A stretch of 32,000 bases of DNA from Candidatus Saccharimonadota bacterium. GTDB taxonomy: Bacteria > Bacteroidota > Bacteroidia > Cytophagales > Amoebophilaceae. Below, piece after piece: positions 1 through 9,099 of this stretch (position 1 is the stretch's first letter; each line of letters opens with the position of its first letter). The translations under genes were made by a program, and so were the position numbers. The stretch covers positions 30,001-62,000 of the forward strand of contig NZ_OZ239769.1 of assembly GCF_965196625.1 (NCBI RefSeq), given 5' to 3'. The notes below the pieces were generated by a model that saw only the letters and a list, made by a program, of their open reading frames with translations, made no database searches and was not told the origin of the DNA.

Positions 1-1
1 A

Positions 2-2152
2 TTTACACAGATTCAACAAGAAAATGCCCGCAAGCGCGCGGAACGAAGAGAAACAATTAAAAATGCTTGGGTAAATAGAAAAGTTATATTGGCTAATCTG
101 GTACCCAGCCATACTACGATTGTATATATAGGATGCTATACTACCGTCACTAGCTTGCTAGCTTATTTTATAATGCATATTACACATCATGGTTCTTGGC
201 TTATACTTCAACTCTTTGTATCTACTTGTTGGTTAGGCTATCCATTTATCTATGATATCTCAAAAAAGATAAGATCCATTCCAGCTTGGTATATTGGCTT
301 ATGTTGGTTAATAGGCCTAACGCTTTATCTGCCTTTAAATTTACTTTGGCATTCGTGGAATTCTGGAAATTCCATCTTTACCACATCATTATTTTTGGCC
401 CATTGCGCCGTAATCTTATGGGTATTGCCACTCTATCTAGGCATAGCAGGTTTAACGGTTACTTTATTAGTGGTTATTTATCCGATTTCTACTGGGTTAC
501 CCTATCCAGTATTATGCTCATTATGCCCGATATTTATAGTGATTCTGTTGCTATTTACCATTATTATCTGCTTGAAAAGCAAGCTAGATAATTCTATGAA
601 GCAAGTGATCTATCTGAAAGATCAAGAAGGGATTAGAGAATCCCAGCAACTCAAAGCATCCCTCTATGACGCGGCTCTGATTCCTTGCACTGGTGCTGCT
701 CCCTCTAAAGGGTATGGTTTTATTTTAAACCAAATAGTACGCAAAGTTGAAGAATCTATCTCCTTTTTAGACAACCATACTCCCCTTTTTAAGGAAGATA
801 TTCAAAGTATTATTAATAAATTTTATGACTGGATCATCTATTTTAACAGAAGAGAAAAAGCTAAGGATCACGCACTACTACAACCTGATAAAATTACTTT
901 AGAAAAGTTGATACGTAAGGTAGAGGTTTCTTTATCCCAAGAAGTAGCTACTCCACCTAGGCTGTTGGTAGAAACTATAAACCTTCCTAATAGAGAACCA
1001 TGCCCCGACATAGTATGCGATATCCATCAAGTAGTCTATTCATTGGTTAAGTCTATTTTACGAATTGGTAAGCTAGAGGGCCCAAATGTACCTATTATTA
1101 GAATACAATTGTATGCCACTTCTTTGCAATTTAAGCGGGCTGATCCTATTGATAGCAGCCATGCTGCCTTTATAGATTTTCAAGCTACTGCTTTAGTAAT
1201 TAGCCAGGCTACTATTGATTCTGATACACTTCCTAAGGTAAAGGAGGTCTATAATGATACAATAGATACTACGGATGCTCAAGATAAGAAAAAGGTACTA
1301 CCATCCATAGATCTTGAGCAAGATACTATATCCACTATAGTGAGTGCCCATTATGGTTATTTGGAAGTTTCTATTGACAGTAAGCCCCCTACTATGTTAC
1401 TGGTATTTCCTAGCGATGTCACAGATATTCTAGATAATATGACTGTCGAACTGCCTCTAGATTGTTTAACCTCAGAAGGACTTATCACTCCTAAAGAGCA
1501 AGCTAGTTCTATGATGGCATTAATGAAGTTCCATGATTATATTTGTAAAGCGTCTCATGAAGAGGATCCTATTGATGTAAAAATCATTTCAGGGTTGCTT
1601 TTACTGTTAAGGCAGCATTTTAGATTTAAACGGCATGCCTCTGGTCAATTGTTTTATGTGCGTGCGGTAGGAATTACGGAATTAGTGGTAGAATGGGTTT
1701 TTCACTCTCCTAAAGTGATTTATGCTTCTTTGCTCTATGAATTGGTTCGCTATACTTGTTTGCCTATTTCTTACATTAAAGAACATTATAATTTAGGTGT
1801 TTATTCCTTTGTGTTAAATATAGTAGGTATAGATAAACGCCAAGACTTAGATCATTCTTCTTTGCTCTATGTGCAGAATCGATTGAAAGAGGCAATTAGG
1901 GAAGATCACGTACAACTTTCGGTTCTCTTTATTAAACTAGCCGAACGACTCTATGACCTACGCCACGCAGCAGGATATATTCATTTACAAGAGGTAGTGC
2001 ATATGGTTAAAGAAACGTTAGCCATAGATGTTAGGTTAGCAAACGAATATTTAGGCCCAGAAATAGGACCGCTATTAGAAAAAGCCGCTAAACAAGCGCT
2101 AAAGGTTTGTAAAGGTAAAGAAAATAGTACAAGAAAAGATCAAGGTAGTTAA
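2..2152 (+). CDS. 3' part of a large polytopic membrane sensor-like protein (TM block, unassigned cytoplasmic region, degenerate RelA/SpoT-type HD domain); frame open to the left window edge
   Basis: Track ORF 89..2152 begins at a TTG, but the same frame has no stop back to nt 2 (FTQIQQENARKRAERRETIKNAWVNRKVI...), so the gene probably starts upstream of the window. The first ~170 aa are 5-6 hydrophobic helices. The last ~170 aa align by eye to the SpoT/RelA hydrolase HD domain (SVLFIKLAERLYDLRH vs SpoT VILIKLADRTHNMRTL; ASLLYELVRYT vs AALLHDVIEDT), with catalytic positions substituted. Confidence 0.6.
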   Translation, partial: FTQIQQENARKRAERRETIKNAWVNRKVILANLVPSHTTIVYIGCYTTVTSLLAYFIMHITHHGSWLILQLFVSTCWLGYPFIYDISKKIRSIPAWYIGLCWLIGLTLYLPLNLLWHSWNSGNSIFTTSLFLAHCAVILWVLPLYLGIAGLTVTLLVVIYPISTGLPYPVLCSLCPIFIVILLLFTIIICLKSKLDNSMKQVIYLKDQEGIRESQQLKASLYDAALIPCTGAAPSKGYGFILNQIVRKVEESISFLDNHTPLFKEDIQSIINKFYDWIIYFNRREKAKDHALLQPDKITLEKLIRKVEVSLSQEVATPPRLLVETINLPNREPCPDIVCDIHQVVYSLVKSILRIGKLEGPNVPIIRIQLYATSLQFKRADPIDSSHAAFIDFQATALVISQATIDSDTLPKVKEVYNDTIDTTDAQDKKKVLPSIDLEQDTISTIVSAHYGYLEVSIDSKPPTMLLVFPSDVTDILDNMTVELPLDCLTSEGLITPKEQASSMMALMKFHDYICKASHEEDPIDVKIISGLLLLLRQHFRFKRHASGQLFYVRAVGITELVVEWVFHSPKVIYASLLYELVRYTCLPISYIKEHYNLGVYSFVLNIVGIDKRQDLDHSSLLYVQNRLKEAIREDHVQLSVLFIKLAERLYDLRHAAGYIHLQEVVHMVKETLAIDVRLANEYLGPEIGPLLEKAAKQALKVCKGKENSTRKDQGS

Positions 2153-2378
2153 TACATTTTTCCTAAAAATTTGCTTAAATTATACACTTGTTCGACCAAT
2201 ATTGTCAATGTAAGCAATCATCATTTCAAAGACCATCAACTTTGCTACACTCATAGTTTTCTTCTTTGCTAGTTAAGTGGAAAATTTGATCTTCAGGTTT
2301 AAAATATAAAGAAGCTTTTTAAAGCTCAATTCTAGCCTCTAAGCTTCCATGCAGGTTACTAAGTATATAATTCATTGA

Positions 2379-3926
2379 ATGACTCAGACCAATATAGAAC
2401 TAAATGAACAGTTTATTAAAGCACTTGGCCTTATGGAATCAAGCGCAAAAAATGTTTTTATTACTGGTAAAGCAGGGACAGGGAAATCAACTTTATTAAA
2501 GTTTTTTAGAGAAAATACCCAAAAGACAATAGCAGTGCTTGCACCTACAGGTACTGCTGCAGTAAATATTAAAGGGCAAACTATTCATTCATTTTTTGGT
2601 TTTAAACCTGATGTAACTCTTGAATCAATTAAAGCCATTAAAGAAAGTAAGAAAAAAGAGAATATTTATAAAAAGCTGGATGCTATCATCATTGATGAGA
2701 TTTCGATGGTTAGGGCTGATTTACTGGATTGCATAGATAAGTTTCTCTGCCTTAATGGTAAAAAGGAAACGAAGCCATTTGGAGGGGTGCAAGTAATGTG
2801 TATTGGTGATTTATATCAATTGCCACCAGTAATACAAAATAGGGAAAAGCAAATATTTACATCACACTATCCTACCCCCTATTTCTTTAGTGCGCATTGT
2901 TTCAAATCACTAGACCTTGAATTTATAGAGCTTGATAAAATATACCGACAAAGTGATACAAAATTTATCCAGCTGTTAAATAATATTCGTAACAACTCTA
3001 TAACGGACAGTGAAATAGAAATCATTAATGAGAGATATGATGCTAGTTTTGAGCCTTCTTTAGATGACTTTTATATTTATTTAACCACTACTAATGCAAA
3101 CGCCCAGGCTGTTAACACACAAAAGCTAAAAGGCATAAAAAGCAAAGAATTTACATTTACTGGTATAATAGAAGGAGATTTTGCTAAAGAACAACTACCT
3201 ACACTTGTTGAACTAAAATTAAAAGTTGGTGCGCAAGTAATGATGCTCAATAATGACGCTAATGGCAGATTTATCAATGGTACTATTGGGAAAATAATAG
3301 ATATAGATGTAGATTATTCTGTTCCTAAATTGGTAATCTTACTGGAAAAAGGAAAAAAGGTTAGCATTAGTCCTTATATTTGGGAATCTTATAGATTCTA
3401 CTTAGAAGGAAGTGCGTTAAAATCAAGTATTACGGGTACTTTTATGCAATATCCAGTCATGCTGGCATGGGCTATTACCATCCATAAAAGCCAAGGTAAA
3501 ACCTTTGAGAAAGTAATCTTAGATATAGGAAAAGGGACATTTGCACATGGTCAAATCTATGTTGCCCTTAGCAGGTGTACCAGTTTAGAAGGGTTGGTAT
3601 TAAAGAAACAAATTGCAAAGAAACATGTTTGGATGGATTTTAATGTTGTAAAATTTATTACAGATTACCAGTATAAAAAATCTGATCTTTTATGTGCTTT
3701 AGAAAATAAGATGATAATACTAGAAAAAGCTATTAAACATAAGGCTACTATTCATATTACTTATTTAAAAGCAAAAGATGAAAAATCGAAAAGATCCATT
3801 ACACCTATTGCTGTAGGAGAAATGGAATACTTGAATAAACCTTATATTGGTGTAAAAGCTTTTTGCTTAAAACGGCAAGAATATAGAGTATTTAGGGTAG
3901 ATAGAATATTAGAGATTAGCCAGTAA
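2379..3926 (+). CDS. PIF1/RecD-family SF1B DNA helicase with a C-terminal WYL-like domain
   Basis: Walker A GKAGTGKST, Walker B IIIDEISMV, and conserved ITIHKSQGKTF and YVALSRC motifs typical of PIF1/RecD. The C-terminal ~60 aa (ITYLKAKDEKSKRSITPIAVGEMEYLNKPYIGVKAFCLKRQEYRVFRVDRILEI) fit the WYL pattern. Confidence 0.85.
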   Translation: MTQTNIELNEQFIKALGLMESSAKNVFITGKAGTGKSTLLKFFRENTQKTIAVLAPTGTAAVNIKGQTIHSFFGFKPDVTLESIKAIKESKKKENIYKKLDAIIIDEISMVRADLLDCIDKFLCLNGKKETKPFGGVQVMCIGDLYQLPPVIQNREKQIFTSHYPTPYFFSAHCFKSLDLEFIELDKIYRQSDTKFIQLLNNIRNNSITDSEIEIINERYDASFEPSLDDFYIYLTTTNANAQAVNTQKLKGIKSKEFTFTGIIEGDFAKEQLPTLVELKLKVGAQVMMLNNDANGRFINGTIGKIIDIDVDYSVPKLVILLEKGKKVSISPYIWESYRFYLEGSALKSSITGTFMQYPVMLAWAITIHKSQGKTFEKVILDIGKGTFAHGQIYVALSRCTSLEGLVLKKQIAKKHVWMDFNVVKFITDYQYKKSDLLCALENKMIILEKAIKHKATIHITYLKAKDEKSKRSITPIAVGEMEYLNKPYIGVKAFCLKRQEYRVFRVDRILEISQ

Positions 3927-4010
3927 GCGGTGGAGTGCGTAAACGCCACTAGGTTGTAGAAGTTAAGGCTTGGTATCTATCACGTTTGTATTATCTGACC
4001 TCCTCATTTT

Positions 4011-5051
4011 ATGAATAAGCGTATCATTAACCAAACTTACCATCAATTACTAAATGATTTAAAAACCAGTGTAGCCAGTGCTAAATACAAAGCCTCTCTT
4101 CATATTAATAAAGCACTTGTGTGCCTTTATCATCATATAGGAAGTCGTATCCTGCATACGCAGGTGCAAGAACGATGGGGCACTGGTGTTATTACTGAGC
4201 TATCTAAGGATTTAAGAGCTGCTTTTCCAGAGATGAAAGGGTTCAGCCCACAAAATCTCAAATATATGCGGAAGTTTGCTCAAGTATATGATCAAGATGA
4301 AATTGGTCAACAAGCTGTTGACCAAATACCCTGGGGACATATTGTAGTCCTGATCTATTCTGGGCTCAGTAAAGTCCAACAAAAATTTTACATAGAATGC
4401 ACTATTAAAAATGGCTGGTCAAGAAATAATTTATCTATGCAAATAGAAACCAATTTATATGAACGTCAGTCAGGTGCCATTACTAATTTTGATAAACAAT
4501 TACCTCCTTCACACGCCGCCTTAGCCTAGGCTACCCTAAAGAATCCTTATTTATTCGATTTTCTAAGTCTTGGGGATGAAGCTCATGAAAGAGAATTAGA
4601 AAAAGGGCTAGTTGCACACATTGAAAAATTCCTACTTGAATTAGGTGAAGGATTTGCCTTCTTAGGTCGTCAGTATCATCTTCAAGTTGAAGAACAAGAT
4701 TTCTATATAGACCTGATATTTTACCATATCAAGCTTCGTTCCTTTATAGTTATAGAGTTAAAATCTGGAGAGTTCAAGCCTGAATATGTAGGAAAAATGA
4801 ATTTTTATCTTTCTGCTGTAGATGATTTATTACGCCACTCAAGTGATAATCCTTCTATTGGGTTAATTTTATGCCGATCTAAGGTCGACGTTTTAGCAGA
4901 ATACACTTTACGTGATATAAATAAACCTATAGGCCTTTCAACATACAGGCTTACTAAAAGCTTACCTAAAAAATTACAAACAGTCCTTCCAACCATTGAG
5001 GAACTGGAAGCAGAACTTGCTAAGGGTTTAGATGATATAGAAGATGATTGA
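4011..5051 (+). pseudogene. DUF1016/YhcG-family PD-(D/E)XK nuclease interrupted by one in-frame TAG (4527..4529)
   Basis: Track ORFs 4011..4529 and 4797..5051 are in the same frame (both start positions are divisible by 3). The stretch between them is open and reads ATLKNPYLFDFLSLGDEAHERELEKGLVAHIEKFLLELGEGFAFLGRQYHLQVEEQDFYIDLIFYHIKLRSFIVIELKSGEF, the canonical DUF1016 nuclease core (D..ELK). The only interruption is the TAG at 4527. Confidence 0.8.
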
Positions 5052-5166
5052 TCTCACATGTCGCACCAGAAAACATGTTTTATGCAACATCTTAATAGTC
5101 TCTTAGCATATAGACTCACATTATAAACCAGCTTGAGTCGATCAATAGTGTATCATTGTAAGCAGA

Positions 5167-5198
5167 TGTAGTCAGGTTAAAAATTGAATCTGACTACA
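5167..5198. promoter_or_regulatory. Operator-like palindrome TGTAGTCAG-N14-CTGACTACA (the perfect stem actually extends 11 bp, 5165..5175 / 5190..5200)
   Basis: Read directly: gatgtagtcag gttaaaaattgaat ctgactacatc. Confidence 0.6.
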
Positions 5199-5411
5199 TC
5201 AATAAGCCTATAAAATATACTGAAAATGTGTTATATAATTATAAATATATTTCTGATATATAATAATGTAGTCAAATAAATTGGGTATAATAGTTACATT
5301 TACTATTCTATTAAGGCTTAATATATTCAGTTTATATAGTTAATCATTAATTAAGTTACTTCTGCTTACAAAATTCATTATGTATTCATAATCAGATCAA
5401 AAATATTTTTA

Positions 5412-5443
5412 TGTAATCAGATTAAGGCAATAATCTGATTACA
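5412..5443. promoter_or_regulatory. Second operator-like palindrome TGTAATCAG-N14-CTGATTACA (13-bp perfect arms 5411..5423 / 5432..5444)
   Basis: Read directly: atgtaatcagatt aaggcaat aatctgattacat. It has the same half-site family and the same 14-bp half-site spacing as the site at 5167..5198. Confidence 0.6.
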
Positions 5444-5977
5444 TTTGAGACTATATTAGATATATACAGATAGATATAAATGTTTGTGTGATAGAATTTT
5501 TTATTTAATTGAAAGGTAGTTGTGGAGTTATCTAAGTTTATTTGTGTATGATGCAAAAATAGAAGGAACGAATGAATAAAATCGGGTCTGACTAAATCTT
5601 AAGGCCATAATTTTTAATTTTAGTTATTAATAATTAATTTAATGCTTTAAAATGGTAATCTACAGGTAGGCAATAAGCACAAAGTATTTGTTCATCCAAT
5701 GAGATTATCATATAGATAAATCGTTTAACAGTCTAGAATTTTATTTATATACATAATTAATATTATGTTAAGTAGAATTTTGGATGGAAATAATTGTATA
5801 AAACGCTCATTATTAAATATTTATAAATTTTATAAAGAGCTGTCAAAGCATGGTGACTATTTAACAATAAAAATTATCCGTTGGAAAGGCATAAAAAAAG
5901 CCTCCCGAAGAAGGCTAAAAAATTTATTTTTTTTGAGGTTGGACACCTATCGGATCAAATCTTAAAAGCAATCAAGC

Positions 5978-8091
5978 ATGAATACTACACACTTAACCAA
6001 AGAAATGATCCTTAATAGAGCCAATGAAGTGGCACTAATGCAACATCTTGTTCCTACTTTCGATCCCAATATACGAAAAAATCATAAATCTATATTCTCG
6101 AAAAAAGATAATAATCCAAGTATGTCTATTTATTGGGATGGTACTGTAAAGAAGCTGATGCGCTTCTTCCATCTAGTATCACCAGAAATCTTCAAATTCA
6201 ATACATCCCTTTTTCAAAAAATAACTCTTTTTCTAAACTCTTTTTGGATTATTGGGCACAATTTAAAATTAATCAAGAAATATTGGAAAAATTTGATGTT
6301 AGACAGGTTGCAGAAGTTTCTTTTATAAGTAATACGTACAAGTTCATTTGCTATAAATATACTTACACAAAAAAACTAGCAGCTTGCTATCATATAGATG
6401 ATAGGGTAAAAATATATGTTCCAAAAGTTCCTGCTGCTTTCTCTAATGATCAGTCTTTTCCTGGTCAAGAAAAATATTTTGGATATAAAGATCAGCTAAA
6501 ATCAGATGTATTTGGTTTGTCTCAATTACCATCCGGTAATCTGCCCTATATCATGTTTACTGCAGGTGAAAAGGACTGTATGAGTGCTCATGCACATGGT
6601 TTTATTGCTATAGCTATGCAATCCGAAAATCAATTCCCAACAAAAGAACTCATCAAGGAACTACGTGGCAGAGCGTCTGTTTTGCTATGTTGCTATGATA
6701 ATGATGTATCAGGCATTAATGCTTCTAACCGATTGATGGATGATTTGAGTATAGTTCCTATTAAACTACCAGAAAATATTAAAGATCTGGCAGAATATTT
6801 TCAGATATATACTGCTACTTTTCAGATCTTGTTGGATCAAGGAATCAATAAAAATAAGTGTCTAAAACCGATTCAGTTGGCTTCAAAAGTTACAGAGTTA
6901 GAAGAAGATATTGTCCTATATGAAGAAGGTAACACTGTTTTACATAAAGTAAGAAACTATTTACGTAGTAAATACAAATTTAGATTTAACATTATTAAGC
7001 ACCATATACAAATCTGTGCAAGAGGAAAAACGGACCAATGGCAGATGGTAAATAGCGCAGATGTATGGTCAGAATTGGTAATGAATAAAATTAAAATATC
7101 CCGTTGTGATGTTCGATCTGTTTTAGAATCTTCTTTTGTAGAGATGTATAACCCTATCAAGTCATACTTTCTTCAGTTTGACAGAAGCAATCTAGGTGGC
7201 CAAGACTATATTCTAGAGCTATCTAAGTATGTTTTTTTAGAAGATACCAGTGATTCTGCTGCTTCGTACTGGTATAATCACTTGAGAAAGTGGATGATAC
7301 GTGCTATTCGTACGGTATTTGAAGATGATGCTATTAATAAGCATGTTTTAATATTAAGTTCTAGAAAAGAGAATATTGGCAAATCTTTCTTCTGTCAGTT
7401 TTTGTGCCCTCCAGCTCTTAAAGCTTATTATAATGGAAAAATTATTATACGTCATGAGAAAGATTTTCAATCGGCATTGACTTCTTGCTTTATCATCAAT
7501 TTAGATGAATTAAATGAGCTTACAGATAAAGATATATCTCGTCAAATTAAATCATGGATATCTCTGCCATCCATAAATATTCGCCTACCCTATGAAAGAG
7601 AAGAAACGACAAAACCTAGGATAGCTTCTATTTTAGGTACTACCAATGATCTGGAGTTCTTAGATGCTGATTCTGGATATAGTCGCTGGATAGGTTTTCG
7701 GGTTTCTGGAACTAAATATATAGACGATGCAGCTACAGACATTTTAGAAGAAGCTTGGTGTCAGGCATATAAATTATATAAAGAAAATAATAAATCTGGA
7801 GAACTCACGCTAAAAGAGATCGAAGCTAATAAAGAATATGCATTAGGGTTTATGAAAGTGGAAGCAGAAACAGACTTGATAGAACGGTTTCTTACCTCTT
7901 CTAATAACGAAGCGGGAGTGTTTATGACCACTACAGAGATTCAGGAATATTTATTCAATCGTTCTGGGACTTCCATTAGGCTAAGCACAAAGCTGATAGG
8001 TTCTTCACTCTCTAAACTTGGGTTTAGGAGAATATCCCGTAGAGTGGGATCCAAAATAATTAGTGGCTACTGGATTTGTACTGTTGAATAA
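5978..8091 (+). pseudogene. Mobile-element DNA primase/helicase-like protein (N-terminal primase-like leader, Toprim domain, VirE-like P-loop domain), apparently frameshifted near 6133..6328
   Basis: ORF 5978..6328 (..FSKKDNNPSMSIYWDG..) and ORF 6133..8091 overlap in different frames. The large ORF starts at a TTG inside the small one. Toprim signature: MFTAGEKDCMSAH ... LLCCYDNDVSG. The C-terminal half has a P-loop-like LILSSRKENIGKSFF followed by IINLDEL, as in VirE/D5-type primase-associated NTPases. Confidence 0.55.
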
Positions 8092-8126
8092 GCAAATATA
8101 AATAGAAATTTTACCATAAATTAATT

Positions 8127-9020
8127 ATGTATAATCAAAATTTGCTCTCTAGATTTGAGATCTATTTAGCCGCAGAAAGAAGGGTAAGCTCGAACACCGT
8201 TATTGCCTATAAAACAGATCTAATGCAGTTTGCTCACTTCTTGTCACGTATAACGTCTCAAAAAACACTTACAGCAGCAACTATGCACGATGTACGTGAC
8301 TGGATAATGTCTTTAGTAAAAGAAGCGCTTAACACTTGTTCTATCAATAGAAAAATCGCTGCTCTACGTACCTTTTATACTTTTTTACAAAAAAAAGAGC
8401 TTATGGTTGATCGTCCTACTGATGGACTTAAAAGTCTAAAAGTAAAAAAAAGATTACCTATTTTCTTTCAAGAAAAAGAGCTTCTATCTTTCTTAAACCA
8501 ATATGTGTTTCCGGTTAATTTTTCTGGGTTCCGTGATAAGTTAATATTAGAGATGGTATATGGGACAGGTATACGTTTAAATGAACTTTTGTCTCTTCAT
8601 ATAACAGATATCAACCTTATAAACAGGACAATTAAGGTTCTAGGCAAGCGTAATAAAGAGCGCCTTATCCCCTTTCTACAACCATTAAAACAAATGATAG
8701 AGACTTATTTATCCCAAAAAGAAGCATTAGGTTACAGCTCTATAAAAGAATTATTCATTACAGACCGTGGGAAACCCTGTTATCCCATGCTTATCTATCG
8801 CATAATCAAAAAACATTTGGCAACAAATATTCAAGCTGGTCGACATAGTCCTCATATATTTCGTCATACATTTGCCACCCATTTGCTGAATAATGGAGCT
8901 AGTTTGTTAAGTATTAAATATTTACTAGGCCATTCAAGTTTAATGGCTACCCAGCACTATACCCATGTTGATGTTACAAGATTAAAAAAAGCATTTCAAG
9001 ATGCTCATCCTAGAGCATAA
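8127..9020 (+). CDS. Tyrosine site-specific recombinase, XerC/XerD family
   Basis: 297 aa. N-terminal SAM-like core-binding pattern (FEIYLAAERRVSSNTVIAYKTDLMQFAHFL). Catalytic residues appear as GIRLNELLSL (R), HIFRHTFATHLL (H-x-x-R) and LLGHSSLMATQHYTHV (H, Y). Confidence 0.85.
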   Translation: MYNQNLLSRFEIYLAAERRVSSNTVIAYKTDLMQFAHFLSRITSQKTLTAATMHDVRDWIMSLVKEALNTCSINRKIAALRTFYTFLQKKELMVDRPTDGLKSLKVKKRLPIFFQEKELLSFLNQYVFPVNFSGFRDKLILEMVYGTGIRLNELLSLHITDINLINRTIKVLGKRNKERLIPFLQPLKQMIETYLSQKEALGYSSIKELFITDRGKPCYPMLIYRIIKKHLATNIQAGRHSPHIFRHTFATHLLNNGASLLSIKYLLGHSSLMATQHYTHVDVTRLKKAFQDAHPRA

Positions 9021-9099
9021 ACATTTTTCTAGCTGAATCGACAATAGATTTTTGGCTGGTTCATTATTTTGAAGAAATTTTAATATAATTCTATATTAT

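Noticed and set aside
286-591. Short track ORFs lying inside or antisense to larger, well-supported genes: 286..591, 3077..3277, 4805..4996, 6957..7160, 12262..12444, 13774..13965, 15283..15636, 16222..16422, 16250..16432, 17211..17405, 17454..17648, 22496..22699, 23317..23532, 25109..25330, 25673..25888, 26023..26214, 31348..31581 and 31632..31826.
   Set aside because: Each is fully nested in, or antisense to, a longer ORF with recognisable family motifs. Their sequences are low-complexity or hydrophobic noise, and none has a motif I recognise.
2153-2378. Possible minus-strand mini-ORF (MSVAKLMVFEMMIAYIDNIGRTSV) in the intergenic region as a gene remnant
   Set aside because: Only 24 codons with no recognisable similarity or signals, so it cannot be supported.
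4527-4529. Possibility that the in-frame TAG in the DUF1016 gene reflects stop-codon reassignment or readthrough
   Set aside because: TAG terminates other well-delimited genes in the window (for example traG at 25911..25913 and the relaxase at 18738..18740). A nonsense mutation is the simpler explanation.
5765-5965. 66-aa ORF in the AT-rich non-coding region upstream of the primase gene
   Set aside because: Lys/Ile/Leu-rich translation typical of random AT-rich DNA, with no recognisable motif. It overlaps a weak hairpin plus T-run (5899..5937). Treated as non-coding.
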